Of a stretch of 64,000 nucleotides of DNA, positions 47,401 through 56,116 are shown in pieces. The notes under the pieces are model-generated. The model was not told where the DNA came from and did not search any database. It saw only the letters and a list, made by a program, of their open reading frames with translations. Where the stretch lies: assembly GCA_047602905.1 (NCBI GenBank), contig JBLKOP010000002.1, positions 79,381-143,380 of the forward strand, read 5' to 3'. Source of the DNA: Candidatus Woesearchaeota archaeon. Its GTDB lineage: Archaea; Nanobdellota; Nanobdellia; Woesearchaeales; SKIA01. A program made the position numbers and the translations under genes. Each line of letters starts with the position of its first letter. The stretch's first letter is position 1.

Positions 47401-48572
47401 GCAGCGTTTACGAAGCAAACTTTACTCCAACAACAAATGATGTGTACGAAGCAGTTCTTCTAGCAGTTGATAAAGCAGGCAACTCTGTACAGCAAACTAT
47501 TACGTTTACTGCATATAATAAACAACAAGAAATAAACAAAGAAATTAATGATACTCCTATAGATGCGAAGAACACTACGAAAACAACGCTTCGACTAAGA
47601 ACTTCACAGTCAGTTATTGGTAACGTAACGATTCTTTCAAGCAAGAAAAAGCCCTCAACGATATCAACAGCTCTTCCTAACGCGCTAACACACACAACTA
47701 TTCTTCTTAGTGAGAACATCAAACAAAACCTTTCCTGGGCGAATATTAGTTTGTTCTACGACGAAGAAGATGTTGATGGCCTTGATGAATCAACGCTGCG
47801 CATCTCTCGCTATAACGAGTCAAGTAATCAGTGGGTTGAGTTAACAACTGCTTTGCCGTACGTGCACCAAGTAGGTGTGGACACGACTAACCGCGTCGTA
47901 TGGGCGAACGTCTCGCAATTCTCAACGTACGCAGCAAGTGCTGACGAAACAACCCCTCCTCCCTCAAGTAGCGGTGGTTCTGGCGGAGGATCCGGAGGCG
48001 GTGGTGGCGGTGGCGGTGTAGCGATGACTGCAACAAATCCGAATCAAACAAGCTACGCTATTCGTAACTTACAAGCAGGTGAGCTGCACCTACGAGAAGT
48101 CAGTCTTGAACCACTAACGCAGGTACGCATAACTCCTGCAAGTAACGTGTTTACCAGCACGATAACGATAACGCGAAACGAAGAGGACTCCTTTACGTTT
48201 CAAGCAGCTCCTAGCTTTGAGCTTGAAGAACTGCGCGTACAGTTTTTTTCAGAAGAAGAAATGATTGTTCGTGCAAGTGGCATACGTTTACCTGTTACTC
48301 GCGTTAATGAAACAACGCAGTACTTCATAACTAACGTGTTCTCTACCTTCGCGCTCTCACAATCACCTCAAGAAGAACCTTCTATTGTTATAGTTGAAGA
48401 AGATCAGGTAGTGCAAGAAGAAACACCTACACCTATGATGGATGAAGAAGTATTTGAAGAAGAAAGCCGTATACTTACAACAAGAAACCCTGTGGTGTTT
48501 TACATTCTTGCAGGGTTGTTTGCGATAGTTTTTGTGGCAGCAATTATTTCTTCCAAGCCCAAAAATAGCTAA
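44466..48572 (+). CDS. Subtilisin-like serine protease (S8) with ~7 tandem N-glycosylation-sequon-rich repeat domains, a Gly-rich linker, and a C-terminal TM anchor
   Basis: Signal peptide, pro-domain (I9-like), catalytic triad D (VLDTGID), H (HGTHVAG), S (GTSMATPHVAG). Repeats run 45810-47520. Then SSSGGSGGGSGGGGGGGG and a terminal hydrophobic helix plus KPKNS. Confidence 0.85.
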   Translation: MRAWAAIILLFLLIPLATANIPQELKDLPFAEEIAKIALPEQARAQPMMMRSMSFEEPEPVIVQFHKPEDIEAIQSLVQSLNTEEYESLSKTIREFAKYNTDVKHDYAIIDGFSVSLTTQQRLELEQNPLIKSIHSSREVRVFMQDTLPLIQADEVHKISIDETFVQGKGQTICVLDTGIDYTHPDFGACSQEEFLAGECKKVPGGHNIVTNHSDGMDDHGHGTHVAGIVAANGSIIGVAPQANLIAMKVLNHLGSGSEEDIIEGINWCISNAEQFNISVISMSSGGGNYSEICDVVDDPFRNAVAAAWDKEIAVFAASGNYATAEYISFPACISNVIPVTSSTKNDEMSSFSSRNSLVDIIAPGSEINSTVIGGSYDSYSGTSMATPHVAGAFALLNQYKEITGISASSQDLVDALISTAVLIHDSASDRNYSRIDVFAALSSFDVTAPTTVAIFPVGWQNTNVTVTFNASDDSEVAYTTVRVNEEAPINATNITLSEEGNHTVEFFSVDVFDNTEANQTIYVLIDKTPPITSFPLSNVTWYQNVTNISFNVTDALSGINYTNYSLNQEAFISSPTITIEEEGVYNLSFFSVDIAGNMENVTNQTVRVDVTPPELNITTTLSWLSAPNFTLIINATDVLSGINRNLINQTQQTNLTISQEGNTTVFVQVFDNANNSVSQNVSVLLDTTAPATSANYSSGWQSTNVTVVLNATDALSGINHTTIYVNEEAPINATNITLSEEGNHTVEFFSVDNAGNKEANQTITVLIDKTPPALNITTTASWLSADNFTLVVNATDALSGVNRTLINSSEAMNLTVFEEGNTTVFVQVFDNANNSVSQNVSVLLDRTSPITEALYNEGWNTENVTILFNATDILSGVNYTTARINEEAPVNVTNVTLSEDGNYTIEFFSVDNANNKEDNQTITVLIDQTPPNISFFTINDSSPQINTSISLQANVTDTNLENVTLTIHNQLVALTNTSSVYEANFTPTTNDVYEAVLLAVDKAGNSVQQTITFTAYNKQQEINKEINDTPIDAKNTTKTTLRLRTSQSVIGNVTILSSKKKPSTISTALPNALTHTTILLSENIKQNLSWANISLFYDEEDVDGLDESTLRISRYNESSNQWVELTTALPYVHQVGVDTTNRVVWANVSQFSTYAASADETTPPPSSSGGSGGGSGGGGGGGGVAMTATNPNQTSYAIRNLQAGELHLREVSLEPLTQVRITPASNVFTSTITITRNEEDSFTFQAAPSFELEELRVQFFSEEEMIVRASGIRLPVTRVNETTQYFITNVFSTFALSQSPQEEPSIVIVEEDQVVQEETPTPMMDEEVFEEESRILTTRNPVVFYILAGLFAIVFVAAIISSKPKNS
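45810..47520 (+). repeat. Intragenic tandem repeats (~240 nt / ~80 aa units, about 7 copies, alternating A/B subtypes; some unit pairs over 85-95% identical at DNA level)
   Basis: For example 45920-46000 vs 46640-46720 (EEAPINATNITLSEEGNHTVEFFSVD) and 46455-46525 vs 46935-47005 (TTVFVQVFDNANNSVSQNVSVLLD), nearly identical. Confidence 0.7.
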
Positions 48573-49620
48573 GAAAAAAATTCCACGCAGTAGCTATGAG
48601 GATACCAAAGAGGTTTGCTGCTTCATCAAAGAATACGTCGGCGTGGATGAGTGTTCCTGCAACGAAGAAATTAATGATTGCTCCTCCAGCACTTGTTACG
48701 TGGTACTTAAGTAACCGAGAAAACCAGTTTCCTGTTCTTCGGTCAGCGAAGGTTATTTTGTCATGAAACAAAAAGTTCCATAGAATACTTGCTTCGATAG
48801 CAAGACCTAAGGATGCGTACGAGCCAATACCTACTCCTCGCAGCAATATGCTCTGAGCGCCTATATTAACGATTATTCCGCTTAGGCCTACGAGTAAGAA
48901 AATGATGAGTCGTTTGTAGGTTCTCCAACCAAGAACTATTGAGGTGCTCATGAACTCAGCTATGTCTTTTCTTCCAAGCTTACTTTCTCCTATTTTTCTA
49001 TCAATAAACGTAACAGGGACTTCTTGTACTCTAAAGTTTTTGCTGAGTGCTTCGTGCAGGAGGCGTATCTGAAAGCTGTATCCTTGTGAAGCAAATGCGT
49101 CCCAATCAATACTGGTTATTACTTCTTTTTTTATTGCGCGAAACCCTGCTGTTGTGTCTTTTACAGAAAGGATTCCTCCAATAACGCGAGAGAAGAAGTT
49201 ACCTACGTAACTTACGAGGTAGCGATACCAATTCCATCCTTCTACGCGCCCTCCTTGTACGTAGCGACTGCCAATAACAAAGTCTGCTTCTCCAGCGAGG
49301 ATGGGGGTTAGTAGTCTAGGCAGGTCTTTTGTGTCATGACTCCCATCCGCGTCCATCTCAATAACAACATCAGCTTCTAAGGTTTCTATAGCGTGTTTGA
49401 AGCCACGAATATACGCTGCTCCTAGGCCTTGTTTTTCTCCACTAAGCAAACTAATTCGCTTACTTTGTTTCATGAATTGTTTAACTACGTCTGCTGTTTT
49501 GTCCGGGCTGTTATCATCTACTACTAAGACGTGTAGGTTTTTGTGAGCAAGCACCCCTTGTAAAGCAGTAGCGATGTTTTCTCGCTCGTTGTAGGTGGGT
49601 ATGATAACAACGATTTTCAT
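48544..49620 (-). CDS. GT2 glycosyltransferase (dolichyl-phosphate mannose/glucose synthase-like) fused to a C-terminal GtrA-like 4-TM domain
   Basis: VVIIPTYNEREN, DDNSPD, DADGSH (DXD) as in the Dpm1/AglD-like GT2 domain, then 4 TM helices. Start at MKIVVII. Confidence 0.75.
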   Translation of the reverse strand: MKIVVIIPTYNERENIATALQGVLAHKNLHVLVVDDNSPDKTADVVKQFMKQSKRISLLSGEKQGLGAAYIRGFKHAIETLEADVVIEMDADGSHDTKDLPRLLTPILAGEADFVIGSRYVQGGRVEGWNWYRYLVSYVGNFFSRVIGGILSVKDTTAGFRAIKKEVITSIDWDAFASQGYSFQIRLLHEALSKNFRVQEVPVTFIDRKIGESKLGRKDIAEFMSTSIVLGWRTYKRLIIFLLVGLSGIIVNIGAQSILLRGVGIGSYASLGLAIEASILWNFLFHDKITFADRRTGNWFSRLLKYHVTSAGGAIINFFVAGTLIHADVFFDEAANLFGILIATAWNFFLSYFWAWKK

Positions 49621-49732
49621 GTGTTTTGTTGTTTTGTTTGTGTGCTTATAAAGGTACACAACAAATAAATAGTTACTTAATAGTAGTTACAAATCAATAT
49701 GTTTTTAAAGTAAGCAACCCTACAACAAGCAC

Positions 49733-50674
49733 GTGACAGCAATTAATATCCTCAAAATTAACCCCCAACTCGCACTCATAGCAACAGACATGCAAGTAAC
49801 AGAAGAAGAACACATTCGTTTTGAAGAAAAAATTCTTGACATATCAACACCAACAGTAAACGCACTAGCAGCATACACAGGAGTAACTCTTGCAGTACCG
49901 TTTGCTCAACAACGATTAACAGGACAAGAAAAGAGCACGCAAGAAATAGCTACTTCTTTCTCATCAAGCCTAAACAAGTACTTGCATAGTTTAGCTGTAG
50001 ATTGTCTTAAACGCATGTATGAGCAGTCAGAAGAACAAATCAAAACAGCACTTGACAGCCCCTTAGAAAAACACAACAAGCAACTCGCAAGCAGCTATGT
50101 ACATCTCGTAAAGAAAAGACAAGAATTCGCTTTCTTAGAACAAGCAGACACAACTATGCTCACAATAGGCTACGACAAAACACGTACAGACGAACAAATA
50201 CGCGTGTACTCAAGCCTTCCCTTCCCAGCTACACCAATGCTTCTTTCAAGTAATCAAGAAAGCGAATATTTTTGTCGAGGAATAGGAGAGCAAGCAGCTA
50301 TAGATATACTTCATCCTTGTGTTAATAACTCAAGAAAACATCTTTTCCCAAACAAAGGATTAGAACTACTCATCAAAGCAACAAACAAAGCAAAACGTAT
50401 TGACGGAGTAGGAGGAACAACAAGACTGGGAGTAGTTAGTGATACAGAAGCAAGAATTCTTTCTGAAGAAAACTCTTTTTACGCATCAGCAGCTACGATG
50501 ATGCACGAAAAAGGAATAATTAACCAAAGACAAACCTATGAATTGCTCGACCGCATCGTCCTCTCAAACGCCTCTGAGCAAGAAGCACAAGACCGCATAA
50601 AACACGCACTCAACAACGATGCTCGCTACGAACTAAAAACCTTAGCAAAAGAGTATTACAACCTAGAAACTTAA
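49733..50674 (+). CDS. Hypothetical protein, 313 aa
   Basis: ORF only. Upstream of cbf5. Confidence 0.5.
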   Translation: MTAINILKINPQLALIATDMQVTEEEHIRFEEKILDISTPTVNALAAYTGVTLAVPFAQQRLTGQEKSTQEIATSFSSSLNKYLHSLAVDCLKRMYEQSEEQIKTALDSPLEKHNKQLASSYVHLVKKRQEFAFLEQADTTMLTIGYDKTRTDEQIRVYSSLPFPATPMLLSSNQESEYFCRGIGEQAAIDILHPCVNNSRKHLFPNKGLELLIKATNKAKRIDGVGGTTRLGVVSDTEARILSEENSFYASAATMMHEKGIINQRQTYELLDRIVLSNASEQEAQDRIKHALNNDARYELKTLAKEYYNLET

Positions 50675-50699
50675 AAAGACGCACAAACTCCTCTACGAC

Positions 50700-51656
50700 A
50701 TGCTCCCAGAAGAACTTATTATTCGAGAAGCAACCACTCCAAGTGAGAAGTACGGCTGCGACCCGTTTAAGCGACCGTTACAAGACCTTATAGAGTTTGG
50801 TATTGTTGTTATTGACAAGCCTAGTGGTCCTACGAGTCACCAAGTGAGTGCGTATGTACAAAAAATTCTTGGTATAACCAAGAGCGGTCATTCAGGAACT
50901 CTTGACCCAAAAGTTACTGGCGTTCTTCCCGTAGCAACCCTAAAAGCAACTCGTCTCATGGAGTACGGGCTTAAAGCAGGAAAGACGTACGTAGGAGTCA
51001 TGCACCTACACGCAGACGTTGAGGAGTACGAAATCAGAAAAATGGCTCATGACTTCATTGGTCAAATAACGCAGCTACCACCAAAAAGAAGCGCTGTTGC
51101 AAGAAAAAACCGTAAACGAACAATTTATTCGTTTAAATTCTTAGAAATACAAGGAAGAGACATTCTTTTCGTAGCAGATGTAGAAGCAGGAACGTATATC
51201 AGAAAGTTATGTCATGATTTTGGCGAAAAACTTGGTGTAGGAGCTCACATGGCAGAGCTGCGACGAACACGAGCAGGTCCTTGTAACGAAGAAGAGTCCA
51301 TAACGCTACAAGAACTCACTGATGTATACGCAGAAGCAAAAGCAGGACGAGAAGAGGCGTTTAGAAAAGTGTTTCTGCCAGCAGAAACCTACGTAGAGCA
51401 CCTACCAGCAATTGTAGTTCTAGAAAGCGCAATTCACAGCCTAACACAAGGAGCAACGCTAAAAGTGCCTGGAATAAGTGCGTACAGCCCAGGAATTAAC
51501 GCAAACAGCCAAGTACGTCTACTCAGTCCTAAAGGAGAACTTATTGGAATAGGAACCAGTAGATTACACGAAAAATACTTTGCAGAAGACAAAGGAGTAG
51601 CGGTAAAAATAGACAAAGTATTCATGGAATCAAGCGTGTATCCACGAATGTCCTAA
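50700..51656 (+). CDS. cbf5: tRNA/rRNA pseudouridine synthase Cbf5 (H/ACA RNP catalytic subunit) with PUA domain
   Basis: YGCDPFKRPLQDLIEFGIVVIDKPSGPTSHQV, catalytic Asp in GTLDPKVTGVL, and a C-terminal PUA. Confidence 0.9.
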   Translation: MLPEELIIREATTPSEKYGCDPFKRPLQDLIEFGIVVIDKPSGPTSHQVSAYVQKILGITKSGHSGTLDPKVTGVLPVATLKATRLMEYGLKAGKTYVGVMHLHADVEEYEIRKMAHDFIGQITQLPPKRSAVARKNRKRTIYSFKFLEIQGRDILFVADVEAGTYIRKLCHDFGEKLGVGAHMAELRRTRAGPCNEEESITLQELTDVYAEAKAGREEAFRKVFLPAETYVEHLPAIVVLESAIHSLTQGATLKVPGISAYSPGINANSQVRLLSPKGELIGIGTSRLHEKYFAEDKGVAVKIDKVFMESSVYPRMS

Positions 51657-51692
51657 AAACGTTTATATACACCTCCTTGTATTAATACCTGT

Positions 51693-52544
51693 ATGAGTGA
51701 GTTACCTTCTGACCACAAAATCCACCCGCACCACCCAGAGCACCCGGATAATCATCCGTTAAGAAAGCACCACGAGCACCACCCGCTTGTTCTACGCATG
51801 ACAGGAGTGTTCTTGCTAACAATCATTTTCTTTGCGTGCCTACTAGGAATACTTACTAACGCACCCTTTGGAGTAGTGCTTCTCAGCTTCGCAGCAAGCT
51901 TCGTCTTCGCACTTGCCGTTTTAGCACTTGCTCACAGCGACCATCTCAGCAACGAATACCTCGTATCAGCCCTGCTCATACTCGTAATCGTCTTTTCAGT
52001 AATTATTTTTCTTGTATCCCCACAAACTGATGTACTAGCAGTAATGAGTCTAAACCTGCTCTTATCAGGAATTTTTCTTCTTCTGCTGCAGCAAAGCTAC
52101 GCGCACCACGAACAAGAAGTAGTGCTAGGAGTAGTGACAGAGACCAAGCCAGAACAACGAGATCTCGCAAGCTTATTTATTGACATCCAAGAACGAGCAA
52201 AAAGAATTAACATCGCGGTAGGGCGTACGTATAGCGTGTACAAAGAAGCAAGTCCTGCTATGAGAAACAAGATAAAGATTCCTAACCAATTATACAACGA
52301 GTTGCGAGCAGATAAGAAAACTCCTTTTTTACAAGCGCATCTAGAACAAATAGCTGCTCGCCTAGCACTCCTACAAGAACAAGAACAAGAGGTCTTCACA
52401 CCAGCAGAGTATAAGCGTTTAAACAGAAAAAAATCTTTTCCAGTGCTAGAAGTGCTTGCTGATAATGAAGGAGAAGGAATCCTGCAAGTGCACGCATCAG
52501 CAGTTGCTTACGTACAAACAGCAATAAATCACCTAGAAAACTAA
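51693..52544 (+). CDS. Membrane protein with a His-rich N-terminus (HKIHPHHPEHPDNHPLRKHHEHHP), 4 TM and a soluble C-domain
   Basis: Read directly. No family recognised. Confidence 0.5.
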   Translation: MSELPSDHKIHPHHPEHPDNHPLRKHHEHHPLVLRMTGVFLLTIIFFACLLGILTNAPFGVVLLSFAASFVFALAVLALAHSDHLSNEYLVSALLILVIVFSVIIFLVSPQTDVLAVMSLNLLLSGIFLLLLQQSYAHHEQEVVLGVVTETKPEQRDLASLFIDIQERAKRINIAVGRTYSVYKEASPAMRNKIKIPNQLYNELRADKKTPFLQAHLEQIAARLALLQEQEQEVFTPAEYKRLNRKKSFPVLEVLADNEGEGILQVHASAVAYVQTAINHLEN

Positions 52545-52822
52545 TCCTCAGTAAAGTACTTGTTATCATGTACTTCATACACTCCTAGACGAGCGCCGCA
52601 ATCAAGCCATCCATGAGCGTAGTTTACCGCGGCAAACGCACGAACAATATCTTCTTGAGAAAAAAAATATGTTGCGTCAGACAAATAATTCTCTACCATA
52701 ACAAAAATTTCTTTTGCAGCAGAAGCATCTAAGATAGGAGCTTTTCTTGCCAGAACAAGCGCTTGTGAGCTGAGAGCATGATATTTTTTGAAGAGTTCTT
52801 CAGAGACTGTTTGCATAAACAA
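52541..52822 (-). CDS. Small hypothetical protein, 93 aa
   Basis: ORF with 4-nt overlap to the upstream gene's end region. No motif recognised. Confidence 0.4.
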   Translation of the reverse strand: MFMQTVSEELFKKYHALSSQALVLARKAPILDASAAKEIFVMVENYLSDATYFFSQEDIVRAFAAVNYAHGWLDCGARLGVYEVHDNKYFTED

Positions 52823-52869
52823 GAAGAAACAAACAGCGTTTTTAAATACGACGCCTTCTACAACAACAC

Positions 52870-53715
52870 ATGAAACAATCCTTTGTAGGAGGACAAGCAG
52901 TCCTTGACGGAGTACTCATGGTCTTTGAGGACGAGTACTCAGTAGCGGTACAAACACCCACAGGCATACAAACAACCAAGAACAGCACTTGGCTTTTACG
53001 AAGTAAGCTCCTAAAAATCCCTTTTCTGAGAGGACCAATAGCATTTCTTATCATGGCATACCTAGGTCTCTCCTCCATGCTTATCGCAAGTAAGCAAGCA
53101 AGCACACAAGAAGACGATCTAAGCTGGACAACACTCATCCTAACAGCAACTATTACTCTTGCATTCATAGCAGTACTTATTCTTGTACTTCCCTTATTCA
53201 TCACTACGCTACTCGTTTCTGAAAACAACCCGTTACTCTTTAACTTTCTTGACGGAGCAGTACGCATAGTAGTATTTCTTCTCTACGTAGCACTCATCGC
53301 GCAACTACCAGATATTAAGAAGCTCTTTGGTTATCACGGAGCAGAGCACCAAGTAATTCATGCGTACGAGAAAGGAACACTCACCTTAGCTTCTGCTCGT
53401 AAACAACCTCTTTTTCTTGCTCGCTGCGGAACAACTTTTGTTGTGCTCGTTCTTCTCGTAGCTATCCTTGTCTACAGCCTAACGCCAATAAACCTTCCTT
53501 TTATGCAACTTCTTACTCTGCGCGTACTCATGCTCATACCAATAGCTTCTCTTAGTTACGAGTTTATGCGCTTAAGTCACACGAACAAAAGTTCTTTACT
53601 TGTACAAGCACTTCTCACTCCAGGCTATTGGGTGCAACGACTTACTGTAAGAAAACCAAGTGATCAGCAGTTACGAGTCGCTCTTGCGGCTCTTAAAGCG
53701 GTCGTTAAGAAATAA
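52870..53715 (+). CDS. DUF1385 (YqhQ-like) family membrane protein
   Basis: N-terminal GGQAVLDGVLM block typical of DUF1385 (GGQAV.EGVMM), followed by multiple TM helices. Confidence 0.55.
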   Translation: MKQSFVGGQAVLDGVLMVFEDEYSVAVQTPTGIQTTKNSTWLLRSKLLKIPFLRGPIAFLIMAYLGLSSMLIASKQASTQEDDLSWTTLILTATITLAFIAVLILVLPLFITTLLVSENNPLLFNFLDGAVRIVVFLLYVALIAQLPDIKKLFGYHGAEHQVIHAYEKGTLTLASARKQPLFLARCGTTFVVLVLLVAILVYSLTPINLPFMQLLTLRVLMLIPIASLSYEFMRLSHTNKSSLLVQALLTPGYWVQRLTVRKPSDQQLRVALAALKAVVKK

Positions 53716-54033
53716 CGTAAACCACTCAGTAGTTGCGTATAGCTCGTATGGTTGCGTATCTACGCGTGTCTGCACAGAAACAAGCTCTTCTTGTTGTGCA
53801 AGCAAGGAAAGAAGCGTAGTGGCTTTTTTTGCTTTGTACAAACGAGAGCGCACATCTTCACGAAGAACTCTTAAGCTCTGACGAACGCGCACTAACTCTT
53901 CGCGCACTTCCTCATCAAGTTCGCGAATGCGCAAGCGTATAGCTGCTTGTGTATCAAGAATGGTGTTGTGATCCGTTTCTATACGTCCAATTCCCTCATG
54001 TATTCTGTGCAGCGTATCTAAATCCTCTTGCAT
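53671..54033 (-). CDS. Small coiled-coil protein (start at MQEDLDTL)
   Basis: Heptad-rich ORF. A promoter-like TATAAT lies in the divergent gap 54034-54144. Confidence 0.4.
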   Translation of the reverse strand: MQEDLDTLHRIHEGIGRIETDHNTILDTQAAIRLRIRELDEEVREELVRVRQSLRVLREDVRSRLYKAKKATTLLSLLAQQEELVSVQTRVDTQPYELYATTEWFTLFLNDRFKSRKSDS

Positions 54034-54144
54034 ACAATAGTATAATTCACAAACACAATTAAGTGTTTCGTACCCACTAACTAAGAGAGACAAAGCTTTA
54101 AGAGTGCTGCTCGCCTCCCAGTACATAAGGGGATAGAGGAATTT

Positions 54145-55122
54145 ATGAGTACAGAATACGTCGCACAAGAACACACTATTAAGGCGATACACGAACTTCT
54201 CAGTAAAGAACCTGATAGCAAACAAACAACTGCTAAGCAAGCGTTTATTCTGTGCACACAAGAAAAGCTCTTCACCCTAAATGACTTACTCTCCTACGCA
54301 GAGCACATGAGTCCAGAAGTATTTGCTCATCACGTGCGAGAAGAACAAAACGATTTTGCTGTTTGGATACGAGACGTTCATAACAACCAAGAACTCGCAG
54401 ATATTGCTCGTAGTGCAACAACTCCTAAAGAGCTCTTTATAGCGTTACAAGACCACTGTGAAGCGCTTCCTAGCATACAAGAAACGACTTCTGTTCTTAC
54501 GGATCCTGAAGACGTGGTTTCTTTACGAGAGCATTTCGCTCGCTTACGTGATGAGATAAACCAAGAAATTGATGAGAGCATCTCACTTCTGCGCTCACAA
54601 GCAGATCGTATACGGTTATTGCGTGACGAGCTAAGAACAAGTGAGGAATCCCTTAAAGAACAAGAAGCTCTTCTGCGAGAAGAAATACGCGTATCTCACC
54701 AGCAACAAGAGGAGCTTTCTGAAGAAATAGCCTCTCTTAAACAAGCAAATAAAGAGCTCTCTGGTGAGCGAGAAGAAGCTGCTAAAGTACAACAAGCAGT
54801 CTTGAGTATTCGTGATGAGCTACGAGAAAAAAACGATTCTTTAATACAAGCTCGCGAGTACTTACGAGAACAACTGCAAAAAACTAATTCCTCGCAACCC
54901 ACCACTCCTCCTAAAAGATACACTCCTTCTGCTAGTCACGTACAAGAGCTTGTCAGACTCGTTTATGAGGACGTACAAGCAGGTCGTTTATCAGCAGCTA
55001 AGCAAGGCTACGCTGATGCAAGAGCATCTTTTTATGAGGCTGAGCTTTCTGAGTCGCAACGACAAGAACTGTATCAGCAACTCATGGATGCCTATACAAG
55101 AATTCATTTGCAAGGATTATAA
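54145..55122 (+). CDS. Coiled-coil protein, 325 aa (globular N-domain plus a long Glu/Arg/Leu coiled coil)
   Basis: Read directly. No family recognised. Confidence 0.5.
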   Translation: MSTEYVAQEHTIKAIHELLSKEPDSKQTTAKQAFILCTQEKLFTLNDLLSYAEHMSPEVFAHHVREEQNDFAVWIRDVHNNQELADIARSATTPKELFIALQDHCEALPSIQETTSVLTDPEDVVSLREHFARLRDEINQEIDESISLLRSQADRIRLLRDELRTSEESLKEQEALLREEIRVSHQQQEELSEEIASLKQANKELSGEREEAAKVQQAVLSIRDELREKNDSLIQAREYLREQLQKTNSSQPTTPPKRYTPSASHVQELVRLVYEDVQAGRLSAAKQGYADARASFYEAELSESQRQELYQQLMDAYTRIHLQGL

Positions 55123-55157
55123 AAAAAGGTAAAAAAGTATTTGTTTTGTATGAGAGC

Positions 55158-55340
55158 TTATTCTCGAACATCAAGAGGAAGCACTCCCTCTTTAAGTTCA
55201 ATCTTTGCTATTTCTATTGGGTTGTACGCTATTTTTTCTAGCTCTTCCTCTGAGAGCTGTACTTGTAGTGGCGCTCCCTGACTTATTTGTAGTGCTCGTG
55301 CACCGATAAGTCGTGCTCTCTCATACACAGTGTACTTCAT
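55158..55340 (-). CDS. rpoK: DNA-directed RNA polymerase subunit K (Rpb6/omega homologue)
   Basis: YERARLIGARALQISQGAPL is the RpoK signature. 60 aa, last gene of the exosome operon. Confidence 0.7.
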   Translation of the reverse strand: MKYTVYERARLIGARALQISQGAPLQVQLSEEELEKIAYNPIEIAKIELKEGVLPLDVRE

Positions 55341-56116
55341 TTGAAGTGTCCTCGAAGCTTCTTTGCTTGTTTCTGAGCTATCTTGATGATCTCATCAATC
55401 TCATCCACGCTAAGAGGAGCTGCTCCTCCTTTTTGTAGAGCACAAGGAGTTCCGTCCTCAAGCACTCCTACGGTGAGTCGTGCGTCATAGAACTTCTCCT
55501 CTGCTTCTGTAGGGTCTACTAAGAGCATGTCTTTGTACTTGAATACCGTCACAGCTATTGGCTCGTGATTCATTGGTATAGGGTTTTTACTAAGCTTCTC
55601 AAGCTGAGGGTTTGCGTCCTTATCAAGTTCTGGCATTTTCGCGTCTTGCAGAGCTGCTAGTGCTGCCATTGCTCCTAGGTCAATCATGTTTCCATCATAC
55701 GCTATTGGGCTGATGTCTACCATGACCATCCATATCTTCTCGCCTGATTTTATGCATAGCTTCTTGGTATCAATGCTTTTGCTTTCTCGAATCGTTCGGT
55801 CAATGACTCGTGCCGGCTCGATACTTTCCATTCCTGGTCTTCCTCCTTCGAACTGGCGGCTACTCATAGCAAGCATTTCTGCACTTACCATAAGGCTTCC
55901 TTCGTCAGGGCTGTCAGGATACGGTGTTCCTACATCTACTTTTACTCCTGCGATGATCTCTGCTTCTCCTGCTACTAGTCGTGCGCTTCCGTGAGCGGTG
56001 CTACTAACTCCTTTCTCAATAGTTATTTCTCTAAACTCAAGAAGTTCTCGTCCGTCTGTGCGGATGTTTTGTGCAAGTGCTTCTTCAAGGTGTTCTTTCT
56101 GGCTTGTTTTACTCAT
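55337..56116 (-). CDS. rrp42: Exosome complex component Rrp42 (inactive RNase PH-like)
   Basis: RTDGRELLEFREI...GSARL in the Rrp42 position, with ATGA overlaps on both sides. Confidence 0.85.
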   Translation of the reverse strand: MSKTSQKEHLEEALAQNIRTDGRELLEFREITIEKGVSSTAHGSARLVAGEAEIIAGVKVDVGTPYPDSPDEGSLMVSAEMLAMSSRQFEGGRPGMESIEPARVIDRTIRESKSIDTKKLCIKSGEKIWMVMVDISPIAYDGNMIDLGAMAALAALQDAKMPELDKDANPQLEKLSKNPIPMNHEPIAVTVFKYKDMLLVDPTEAEEKFYDARLTVGVLEDGTPCALQKGGAAPLSVDEIDEIIKIAQKQAKKLRGHFK

